A DNA stretch of 64,000 nt from Setoptus koraiensis (lineage: Eukaryota > Animalia > Arthropoda): contig CM106586.1 in NCBI GenBank assembly GCA_048013815.1, forward strand, positions 14,880,001 to 14,944,000. The letters are read 5' to 3'. The notes beneath the pieces were generated by a model that was not told where the DNA came from, did no database searches, and saw only the letters and a program-made list of their open reading frames with translations. Shown piece by piece: positions 36,701-47,075 of this stretch. The translations under genes were made by a program, and so were the position numbers. The first letter of the stretch is position 1. Each line of letters begins with the position of its first letter.

Positions 36701-37124
36701 GCCTTGTGTGCGCGCTGGCGCGCCGGTTGTTGCGCCAATTATCACTTGTTGTGTGCGTGTCGCAATGATCGCCGGTCACTTTGGGTTTCGGGGCCGTTGG
36801 GGCGCCGCTGGGCCCGCGGTCGCTCGAAATTGCTGTAAAGTGGCTGCTGCTGCTGGTGGCTGGCATGTTCGCTTGCTGCTGGCTGGCTGCCGAATGCGCT
36901 TGTCGCTGTCGACTCGAGCTGTCGGATCTAGGATGTGTGTCGTCGGTGTCAGATGTGCGTCGGTTCTGTGTCGGCTGTGTGTCGTCGGTGTGTCGGTGTT
37001 GACGGGTTGTGTCGGCGGGCGCTGGCATTTGCCTGCTCGATGCTCGACTGGCCAATCCGCGAGTCAAATGATCAAGTGATGAGCTCGACAGTGCAACGAC
37101 AGTGTTTGCGGTTGCTGTTGACAC
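33717..37124 (-). CDS. Uncharacterised Gly/Ser/His/Gln-rich low-complexity protein, intronless ORF of 1135 aa (about 891 aa if started at ATG 36392, just before the signal-like segment)
   Basis: A 3.4-kb uninterrupted ORF with GC3-rich codons from ~36300 down. Hydrophobic segment MLLFQCAIHYVIIVSIIVLSLTT followed by HGALC/QDL. Gly/His/Gln blocks; ends RPNYDPANNPAHIGKYIIN*. Confidence 0.75.
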   Translation of the reverse strand: MSTATANTVVALSSSSLDHLTRGLASRASSRQMPAPADTTRQHRHTDDTQPTQNRRTSDTDDTHPRSDSSSRQRQAHSAASQQQANMPATSSSSHFTAISSDRGPSGAPTAPKPKVTGDHCDTHTTSDNWRNNRRASAHTRRTTMSDSCNAATGRHGHNQQDAQNQQDAHNQRDAHNQRDAHNQRDAHNQQDARNQQDAHNQRDAHNQRHAHKAPPGQAAQRVVTGSEAAPHQTFSKSCSASNSMLLFQCAIHYVIIVSIIVLSLTTTNSKHGALCQDLSGLGPAALEPAPEPGLEQQLEIQSSALPPGLGLSAAPPAASTERPVMAGLAKLASSIASLFTKATTSVAAAASTSAAGLALAMPATTPPAALATLANQQVNLSHEEPALTTMDGDSVKLKKELNALIRTDALESAASGLAVQRFDGHTIRDAGDLDTASQHVDDIVGMDKSVLRDREAPPTFKEREEAGEEEVSAEPAHSQGGGPSGPGNGGRLHGSASYMSGMDSMGGSMGSYNPGGGYMDGGGGMSHHSSGNSYVDHRLHHAADGDSFSSPYNSGPGNHADQFQSPDSFGSGHHRQGFHYSSGSLPDTASSGAYNSDQSHFEGGGGGGGFGPGPDSFSAHHSSGYSGPSGGGGGFGGSADEGDSGGNYDGAPLMKAGSHHSMGGSGNPYSSPTAQQLSQPEGPYEALDNDVGPARGYSGGGGPMDGGSQFSPGNHFVDESGRMHRHASEPGQVMNSNYHSSHNSFEPQSHEMNDHSSHQDPYLGGGGRSTPYQAASQYPSFPAHPQHNSRLAQQDSQLIGHSQFHHQHGGNGAPVGGGPEQFQGSYNDVNPYDYAGSNNQQTGGHSDSSNWSNNGGGQHQSNNNNNNFYRSNEHYQQHSSNNNYQDQQQRHLGAGEQSYNGDTSGGTNYNNQNSGNGGPREVYPALEDDPLNVGPDNGQGSSRQGGGGGGGGQHHQTWKQMNDNQVIGQTTGVHQHYAQVPGGHHHQGAPQSAMSAGSGQEMASSAQDSEYGQDPRQQHSSQMGQESNQMQTTPVIDFSRPGASGYEGPSYMVQGQESGSGGAGQAGMDASGQQAMEQQQEQQQDAPQQQLQQQQQMQQPKQQHYYGASRQSASSRPNYDPANNPAHIGKYIIN

Positions 37125-40100
37125 GACGCTGGTTATTGTTGGTCGCTCTCGATTGTGTCACTCTCACTGCGGCTACCAGAAGTGAGCCCTCTCAACTCTC
37201 TCGACTCTCAATTCTATCGACTCTCGAAACGAGCTCTCCCAAAATGAATGGGCTGTCGCGACGCCGAAACGCTGCGATGACGCTAACGGTATTATGTCGG
37301 TGTCGGTGTTGTTGTCGATGCTGTGATTTATCAAGCCACACAATTGCGCAATTGTTGACAGTGCAAATAGAGCTCGCTGTCATATGTCACCAGCCACCGG
37401 TTGTCATATCGAGTCATATGGCGCCAACAGGCGAGCAAGCGCGGCCAACAGCCAAAGGGCTATCAATGTCACACACTGCTCACTACCCACCGACAGGCGA
37501 TAGTTCGCAGGAAACGCATTGCGCAAACAAACAACTTGGGATGCTGCCTAAGCTGCCCGCGCCGCCCGAGTTGCCCGAGCTGACAGAGCCGACAGAGCCG
37601 ACAGAGCCGACAGAGCCGACAGAGCTGACAGAGAGTGCGGCCGGGCTCGCAAGCGGCGCCGCAAAAATGAATCGCTTATAATTGTTTAGCCTTTAAATTT
37701 ATCCGGCCGCTTTCGAGTCTTCCTCTAATGGCTTTCGCTGCTCGCTCGCTCTCTCTCGCTCTCTCTCTCGCTCTGTCGCTTGCTCGCTCTGTCGCTCCCT
37801 CGTTTCGTGTGCGAACTATCGCTCAACTGACGACAACAACCATTACATCATCATAATGGTGGTTGCGTTGCGGTGGCGGAGGCGGCAGCAGTGTAACGAG
37901 CAACAATAGACGCCGACAAAGACGACAAAGACAGGTGAGACGGGTAAAGACAAAACACTTTTGCGGCGGCAAGTGACACTTGTTGTTGTTGTTGTTGTTT
38001 CACTTCCTTGTTGCTATGAAATATTGTTGCCTGTGAGATGTCGTTGCCTATGAAATATGGTTGCGTATGAAATGGCGCTGTCTATGTAATGGCGCTGTCG
38101 ATCAGGCGAGCAATATGAATTTTCTAACTGTAACACTTACGGCTGCACTACAAACTTATATTGCCAACTTTTGCGTGTGTGTGTGTGTGTAAACGGTTGC
38201 GACTTGCGAGTGTGTAAGCGTGTGTGTGTTTAAAATTAAGAAATTAACTTCGTCGAGCAGTAATGTCATATCAGCACTAATGTCATATCGGCACTAATGT
38301 CGATGGGCAATAATGTCGTGTGGGCAATAATGTCATATCAGCCATAATGTCGGATCGGTAATAATGCCACATTAGTAACTGTATGTCGGGTAATTGATGA
38401 GCAGCTCACTGGCAGCGCAAAGCCAACACAGCGCAACAATAATAGTGACACTTTTAATTCCTCCCTTCATCATATCTATCGACGCGCTTGTTGTGTGTGT
38501 GTGTGTGTGTCGTTGCAACAACACACACACACACACACACACAGGTAGAGTTCGCACAGTAGACAGGTAAATGATAATCAATTACCTGTCTGGTGTGATT
38601 TCGCTTTACAGGTGCATAGCGGAGCGAGCTCGACAGTATCGATACAGTACAGCTGACAGTAACAACAGTTCAACCTGGCCGCTCACATTGGCCCCGTGCC
38701 GCAACAGGCCAAGCCATGGCACAGCCTCTAGTGACTCTAGTGACTCTAGTGACTCTAGTGACTCTAGTGACTCTAGTCACTAGTAGTGACTAGTCACTAG
38801 TAGTGACTAGTCACTGGAGTCCAGTGGCACAGGCCGCTTCCATTCTGTGCTTCTATGCGCCTTGACAATAATTGATAATAAGATAATGTAATTATTGCGA
38901 CAAACAAACAATTACACATGCACCAGCTGCTGTCTGCTGGGCAATGTGCATTTCATTCACATTGCACATGTATGGCACACGATGATGTAACAGTTGTGAG
39001 ACCTATTGGTGTGTCGTAATGTCGTTATACGACGGCCAACAAACAAACAAATGATCCAATGATCAACAATTGGTATTCCCACCAAAGGCACGCCTTTATC
39101 GCGCCCGCAATATGTCATCGTTGTTGTTCTCACTCACCTTGTTGTTGTCGTTCAATCGTGTTTTGTCTTCTTTTTGTCTTCTTCCACTGTTTCTTTTCTT
39201 TCATCTTCTGTGTCTTGTGTGTTGTGTCTTGTGTGTTGTGTCTTGTGTGTTGTGTCTTGTGCCTTGTCTGACTGGCAATGCTAATTTTATTTTATTATCA
39301 CTAATTGTATTCTCGTAATAATTGTATTATTAACGTAACAGTTCAGCACTATGCGGTTCACAGACATCTGACCATGTGCCAATTTTTTGCTGCCGATCAA
39401 CTGTTTTGCAGATCAATTGTTTTGCGGATCAATTGCTGTCACATGCCGCTCACTCGTTGCTTGAGCTCACCCGACTCACAATCGCTTGCGCCCCATTTTG
39501 TCAAGCGCTTTCTACAGTCGCGCTTGCTAAAATCACCATGATATAAAGTCACAACGATGGGCTAATTTTACTTTGATAATTATTCATTTAATTCTGCTGT
39601 GTCGATTGAGGAGCCGCAGCATGTGATGGGAATTCAAGCGAACGGAAATAGCATCGCAGCAAACGAATTTGGTCAGCCACTGTTGAGCACTGTGTGCATT
39701 GTGCGTACTCGGCGCGACCCGGAAACCATTATTTGGCATCTCATTAGGCAACATGAGTGCGCATGAGCACACCAGTTGCCCACAACAGGGTGATGTTTTG
39801 TGTCTGACAGTATGCATTGTGTCAGCATGCAGACAACATCACTAGCTGACAGCAGCAGCAACAGGTGCCAACACAGACGACAAGCTCGCCAGAGTTGACA
39901 AGCTCATCGGCGGCCATTAGCGACGAGCTAGTCACTCATTGCGTAGTATGCGACGAGCTAGTCGCTAATTTTGTGATATGCAGCTCGGTGGCTTGTTAGC
40001 AACGCTCGATGTCTATTGGCTATTATGCAACAGTCACAATTATGCGCGCAACACAGGTGTAACAGGTTGCACAGCTTTATATGTGGCCTCTGGGCCAATC

Positions 40101-42639
40101 CCTGCATCGCCGTCGCTGTTGGCGCTGCGGTGTGATAGTGACTAATATCATTCGATATGCCAACTGTTGTGACTGGTGATTACAGTGCAACAATGGTAAG
40201 TGTAAGTGACAATAGCACACACCGTGATGTAATGATGTCTTGTTGTTTGCATAACATGCAAACAACAATTGGCACACAAAATGTCACATGCACGATGACA
40301 ATAGGCAAGCTCATTAGAGTTCATTGGTATTGTGCGCCGACACCGACAACAATCCTACAGCTACCACCACAATGCCGGAGATTGTTGCATACAACCACCG
40401 CCTCACCAGTGCGCATTCTTCGGCGTCCGTCGTATCATTGCACGCCAACTATATGACGATACACAATTTGATGGGTTCATTGGCGACAAAGCAGCAAAGC
40501 CTGCAAGCCACAACAGTATCAACATCAGTGTCCGCATCAGTTAGGCCACCATTTGCTAGTCTAATCACTTTGGCTCGTCAAATTTCTTTGCTCTAATTAG
40601 CGCACATTTTCAGCTCCATGCACCATCTTGTGTTCGAGTCACTTAATCGGAGTTAGTGTTTAGTAATTATCTAATGCCCTCAATGCGGACGAGCCAGCCA
40701 GCGATCAATCAATGTAATTACAACCGTGACGAACGAGCCAAGATCATTTTGCATAATTCACCTGGCAGCCACTCACATCCATTCGTTTGGCAGAACCTCT
40801 TCGTATTGCTTTGCCGTTGTATCGTACACTGTAACAAGATATGATGAATTGGCAACGAATTTGGGCATAACAGGTGCAACACAGGCTCAACAAAGTCACA
40901 GACGGCTTCGATTGAATCACACATCTTCCTAGGGTGATGGGCACGATACACAGACAGCGAGATTGCTGTCTGCAGACTGCGAATATCTTGCGAAAGGTTT
41001 CGCTGCCCTTGCCTCTGAGGGGACCTGTCCATCAATGGTCATCCATGATCAGTTAGAGCTCGGATGCTGTGAGCATAAAAGAGGCGTCGTGTCTCACTAG
41101 GCTTGTGCGATTATCTTGTGCGCCTAGTCACCTGCTTGCCCGGCCTATTCGTCGGTGTGTTGTGTAACCTGATCCCATCCGATCCAATTTAATCGCGCAA
41201 ATATATTTGTGTACATCATGCTATGAACCATTGCATTTTTCTTTTTCTTTTTTTTTTCAATCAAATCGTGATCAAATTACAGCAGCGACACACACCATGC
41301 CAAGATACCAACACTGTTCACCTGTCTCACTGTCGGCCCATGTTCATTGTGTGCAATAGCCAAACATTGCTACATTCCAGTCACTGCTCCACAACCAGAG
41401 TTTGCTGCTCCACTCGAGAAATCACGATGAACATGGAGACACGCCATTTGAGCCAGCACGTCCACAACTAACGCTGCAAACGCTGACCATTCACCTGTTG
41501 CAGTTGTTGCTAGCAAATTTGTGATGCTTATATGATTGTAACAGGCGACAGGCCAGTGGACTCCTTGTTGCTTCGCCGCTGCTGCGGCAATAGCAACACA
41601 AATCGATGCAACAACAGCAACAACAACAAAGAATGAGCAACACAACATTTTCACTTGTCAGCGTGTCCTTGATTGTTGATACGCCATCCTGGCCAACAAT
41701 AAAAAAAAGCCCCATCACTGCTGCTATTATAATAACATGTCCGTGTCCCTCGCTATGCTCGCATGGGCTAACTTGGTGGCTTTACTTGCTACTCGAGACA
41801 ACGCTTGACCGCATTAGGCCACAGTATATTTGTGTGAGATAGTATGTGTCGTCTCTTATGTAATCATTATCGCATCAGCGTCATTTCGTCACTATCAACT
41901 CTCTAACAATTTCACTTGATGCTCCTTGTCATGCCAGCCTTCTATCTATTTCTGTTAGCAATTGAAACAGCCAACAACATTGCTTGCTCATGTAACAACT
42001 ACGCACAAGCAACGCAACAACAGGTTAAAATTGATAATTTCGAAAACTGTAACTAAACTGCTGTAACGACCAATGTTCGGAGCGTAAACAATCATGCCTT
42101 ACTATCCACCTATCTTTACAACTCCCAACAGATAACAGTTTAAACAATATTTTTATCAGCAAGTGCGTGCCAAACTAAACTCTCAAGAGTCCAACCTGAA
42201 TATGGCGGCCGACAACAATTGTAGTCATCTTTTCCGTTGCGGCTAGTTAAAAAGAACCACAATTATATATCTCTTGCTTTCTTATCACGGATTGGATGCA
42301 GAACATGTATATCAAAGAAAAAATCTCAATGTTAACTTGGACTCATGGCACCAATGTCTTAATACGTTGTTTAGGGCTTATTTTGCGTTATTATTCAAAA
42401 AGAAAATGCTGTTCACAATTCTGTATAACTATTATACTGGTGGTTGATTTGTAAGTCAGCGTCTATTAGGACCAATTTTTGTTTGATAATTTTGTTGATA
42501 ATTAGAAATCTGCGTGAAACACATTGTTAATATAGATTTAGCAAGATTTTGTTTGAATCCATTGTTAATATAAATTTGGCGAAACTTTGTTTGTCCTGAT
42601 TATTAAATCATTTGGTAAGATATCAGTATGATAATAGTA

Positions 42640-44454
42640 TTATTGATCAATAATACTACTTATTATTGTGTTTTTCCTTTCTTCGTATAGGTAACAGGAT
42701 CTAGATCTGGCTAGAGGCGCTTTTTCCCCCACATAGAAAGCTCTGGCTAGTCTAATATAATCCCTTAGACTAGGCATAAGAATTAGATTGGAAAACGTTG
42801 GGAATCCTAGTCTCTTTAGACTGGTGAGGTAGTAAAAAAGAGGTGAGCAAATGTAAAATGGGTTGCAGCGCATGTCCAGCACTTTAAGATTAACTAATTC
42901 CCTGAATGAATAGGGAATTTCGCTAATCTTGTTGCAGACCAAATGCAGCTCCTCTAACTGTCTTAGATTTCCGATGTCCCTGGGGAGAGAATGTAATCGA
43001 TTGCAATTGAGATAGACAAAACGCAGCTTTGTCATCATAGTGAAAGAGGCTGGAAGGGTGTTGATACTGTTATAGTTCAGGTCCATGAGTTGTAGATTGG
43101 GCATGGCGAAACCTATTGTGGAGGGTATGTCTTCTATTTGGCAGTTATCCAGATATAACACGGTAAGATTAAACATAGGTGTCCGTCCAAATGAATACCA
43201 TTGAAATGTTCGCTCGAGGCGCAGTTTGGAAATGGTTTTCTTCCACTTGGCACGAAGCATAAAATATTCTATGCGGTAATCCATAGCTAAAGTGCGCGCT
43301 AAAACTCGTAAGGTTTCAAGTTCAACACCAGGATATTCATTTGAGAGATCTGCATAATTTCTAGGACAATTAACGGTCAATGTTACATGTTCGTTCCAAT
43401 GGCCTGGATCAAAAAATTCCAGATTTTGTGCCAGACTGAGATCTTCTGTCATGACTTGGTCCAAGCATTTGGTGGCGAGAACCATTCTGAGGCGTTGCTG
43501 TTTTCGTCCGAAACCTTTTGGAATTGGATTGGTATCACTCATTGGATTATATTGATAAGTTAGCACCTCCAATTGATGACAGTCGTTAAACCATAGAGGG
43601 AAGGTGCCCTCGAGCGGATTATAGTCTAGATCTAGGAACTTGATATTAGGTGTTGCCGCAAAAGTTGCAGGGAGCTTTTTCAATCTGTTGCCGCTCAACT
43701 CTAGCACCTCCAGGTAAGGCGTTGCATTAATGGATCCGTCGGCTATGACACTGATCATGTTGTCGTTGAGCACAACATGACGAAGGTGGGGCAACTTGGA
43801 AAATGAGTCCGGCAAGCCAACGAAATTATTGCCAGTGAGATCTAGGAATTCCAATTTTGGCGTCCTCTCTAATTGGAATGGCACCCAAGAGAAAGAATTG
43901 AGGCCCAGATGTATGTGCGTTATATTGGGGTATTTGTTGATGGGGCGCATGTCTACAATCATATTATCAAGATTTCGGCCGGTCAAGTCAATGACGGTGG
44001 ATTGGCGTGACAGTCCCTCGAAGACGTCAATTAGTTCACTTGGATCCACGGTTGGAAATTCGTCCCTGTCATCGAAGAAACTATCTGCTTGGTCCCAGTT
44101 GTGGTCGTTTGCAATCATGTCCATTGTGTTGCACGAAGAAGAATGACTGGTGCCGCTGCTACTATATTGATTAATTTGTCTCGATGAGGAGCCCGGTGAG
44201 GAGCCTTGCGAGGAGCGTTGGCGATTTTTGAGAACGTTGCCATGCCGATCGATGGGCGACGTCTTCTGTGTCCTGGTGGTGCCCTGGCTGTCGACAACAA
44301 AACTGTCCGGACTAATGGAGACTCTCTTCTTGGGCACTGAGGGTTGTCCCGATCCTGTTGCGCCAATCGCCTTGGAAAGGACCTGAGAGTAGGTGAGGAT
44401 GGACTTGGGCGTCTTGCTGGTGCTGTTGTTGGCCTTGTTGTGGCTGGCAGAATT

Positions 44455-44457
<3 letters not shown>
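42640..44457 (-). CDS. Intracellular leucine-rich repeat protein, intronless, 605 aa
   Basis: About 13 LxxLxLxxNxLxxLP repeats (for example LEFLDLTGNNFVGLP, LEVLELSGNRLKKLP, LEELHLVCNKISEIP) after an S-rich N-terminus. No signal peptide or TM. ATG preceded by a (CAA)n tract. Confidence 0.9.
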
Positions 44458-44494
<37 letters not shown>

Positions 44495-46110
44495 GCTGCT
44501 GCTGTTATTATGTCGATGGGTTATCATGTGGGCCGCGTGTAGGCACCATGACAATAAAATAAATAAAAATAATACAATAGTGATGATGCCGATCTAGTAA
44601 TTCATCGTGTTATTTACAAAGGTTGTAATGAATGCGGCGAACGGTTACAATTATTTACAATTTGTGTTGCTCGACTTCGTTTCGTGCCAATTGTTGGCTC
44701 GGTCGATTGTTGGCTCGATTAATTATTAGGTCAATTAATTATTGGCGAGGGCTGATTGATGATAATAATCAATAATATCGTGTCCGTTCGAGTGATATAA
44801 TACGAGTGGTATAATATGCGATGTGGTATGTGTGACTGTGATGTGATACTGGCGCCGCTGTGAGCCGGCAACTGGCTCGCTGTTGTGCTAATAGTAGTTC
44901 GCTGGCCAAAAATTCTATTTTATCGAATCTATTCGCTTGTTGCCCTGTCCTACGTGACTAATACTGATTCAGCCATGTGCGCCTGTGCGTGCTTGTGCAA
45001 CGTGTGTACATGTGCGCCGCCGGCTAATCGTCGGCCATCAGCAAACACACGCCATAACATACGACATCTATAGCAGATCTTTATAAATAATGGGGGGCGG
45101 CGACGGGGGAAAGAGGACGAACTAATTAGTGGGGCTGCATTACTTTGGATGTGCCCGAGCTTGGGTTGCCTGTGTTATTATCGCTGTCACAGCGCCCGTT
45201 CGCTCGGGCACAACAAGCCTATATACGCGTGGCGTAGAAAAGTTCTACGCCACACGCACGAGACACCAAGTGCACAACTTGCTGCGTGCCTGCGCTGCCA
45301 GCGTGGCCCTAAACACGCACCAGAGCTTCACCCCTTCCGACCCCCAACCAATCGAGCGACAATTCTATTTGCGAGCCGCAATTCCATCTGCGAACAACAA
45401 TTCTGTTTGCGAACGACCATGCAACACTCTTGGCCGACTCGGGCAACAATCGGCCCGTGTGCAATACTATTGCCCATGGTGACGAGTTGGCCGAGCCGCG
45501 AGTTGCAGTTTGCAACAACGAGTCGCAAAATCACGTGCGTCACTTGGCGCGCTTCTTCCACTACAAGCCTTTTGTGTCTGCGCAATTGCAAATTGACCAA
45601 ATGCGCGCATGGTCAGCAGACACGTTGGCGCAAACGTGCGTAGAATATTCGATTGTGAGATGCCCTAATACGCCCATCGGGGCGCACGTCCGCAGCGCCA
45701 TGCACCATTGTACTCACCCTGACAATTGCGCGGGTGCAGCGTCAGAACAAACGGAAACGACACACACACACACTCAAACGGCCATTTACAACTTGTAAAT
45801 TACAAGTGCACAACACAGGTAAAGGTGATAAAAGGGACAAAATTGAGCCGACGCCGAAAGGATTATCTTATCATCTTATTTATTGTTTGCACCAAAGCTC
45901 GTACTATTCTAACCATTCTGCATGCGAGTGAACATTTCTGCCGCTGCCACCATCAAATAGTAACACTATCGGACCGTCGTCGTTGTTCTGATGGCCTATC
46001 TGCGATAGGTGGTGCGTCCAGTGGCCGCTCCGACTAACACGAGCCTCGAGACTACCGTTCGCCGGAAGCTGGACACCGGGCGTCGAAAGCACTCCAATCA
46101 CTACTGACTA

Positions 46111-46515
46111 TTACTGTGGTGGTTGTTGTTTTTGCTGTTGTTGTTGCATTTGTTGTTGTTGCATTTGTTGCATTTGCTGTATCTCGCCTTCCAGCACTCG
46201 CTCCTCTCTTCTTATCTCTGCCTCTTCGGCCAGGCGCTCTCTCATTGGCGACATTCTTGGGTACATGGGGGGCATGGGAGGCATTGGTGGCATCTGCTCT
46301 TGCTGGAATTTGTGCATGAATTTCTTGAATTGCTCATATTGGGCCTGCTCGGTTTGGTTGAGAGCAGTCGATGGGTCAGCCGGTTGTTGTGGGCCTTGCG
46401 GGGGCGGCGATTGAGGAGGCGGCGATGGGGGCGACTGTTGTTGCTGACACAGACAAAGACCGATTGCGAAGCAAGCGGTTACCGCCACCAAAATCATGCT
46501 GTACGATCTAGACAT
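46111..46515 (-). CDS. Small secreted Q/P/M-rich protein, 134 aa
   Basis: ATG 46515 begins the signal peptide MSRSYSMILVAVTACFAIGLCLC, followed by QQQQSPPSPPPQ, MPPMPPMPPMYP, a charged helix ERLAEEAEIRREERVLEGEIQ and a polyQ tail. Confidence 0.75.
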   Translation of the reverse strand: MSRSYSMILVAVTACFAIGLCLCQQQQSPPSPPPQSPPPQGPQQPADPSTALNQTEQAQYEQFKKFMHKFQQEQMPPMPPMPPMYPRMSPMRERLAEEAEIRREERVLEGEIQQMQQMQQQQMQQQQQKQQPPQ

Positions 46516-46635
46516 GGTGATGTTGTTAATTGGAGTTGTCAATTGGTTGAAATTAGCTTGAATATGTTCGATTGTGTGTCGGTTAGATCGGATTGAGCTG
46601 ATTGGTTGTGAGTGGTTTGAGACAGCGACACACGT

Positions 46636-46643
46636 CTTATATA
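46636..46643 (-). promoter_or_regulatory. TATA box (TATATAAG) for the small secreted protein
   Basis: About 120 nt upstream of ATG 46515. An AATAAA on the minus strand at ~46722-46727 would end the upstream gene. Confidence 0.45.
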
Positions 46644-47075
46644 CACCGCGTCCCAACCGCTGTGTATGAGGTAACAATGCAGAATGTCAGTCTCAGGCAA
46701 ACATGATGTCGTCAGTTGTTGTTTATTTGTGCGTTTGTGAGTATATGCAATTTGAATAACAACAATTCAATAACAACAATGCAATGTCAATGGCATGAGA
46801 TAAAGGAGTTGCACATATTCAATATTGACATGACCATTGCGAACCATTATTCCCGTTGGCCATGTTTGTTTGATTTGAAAATATTGATTACATGGAAAGT
46901 ATTCAAACATAGACAAGCTATCCCGTGACGATCACAGGCTATGTTTACAGACACACCAATCGGGCGCAACATCGGAGATTTTCCCAACTTATGCAAGTGC
47001 TGGCATGACATTTCGGTGATCATTGTTGGCGTAAATGTCGTCACTGTGTGCTGGTGACAGCATAAGTTCACCTGT

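Larger units (their letters stand above)
15190..41800. other. Low-complexity, microsatellite-rich, largely non-coding domain containing two long low-complexity genes
   Basis: Dense (CAA/CAG)n, (TGT/TGC)n and (CA)n tracts and many 7-23 bp tandem arrays. ORFs here mostly translate repeat phase. Confidence 0.85.

Noticed and set aside
40777-40828. Possible 52-nt minus-strand micro-exon (TTACAG|...|GTGAGT; YDTTAKQYEEVLPNEW in one frame) and nearby candidate exons at 39.6-41.7 kb
   Set aside because: I could not assemble a coherent or recognisable protein. RNA-seq is needed.
45129-46101. ORFs between the LRR gene and the small secreted gene
   Set aside because: No start/splice combination gives a recognisable product, and frames are open on both strands.
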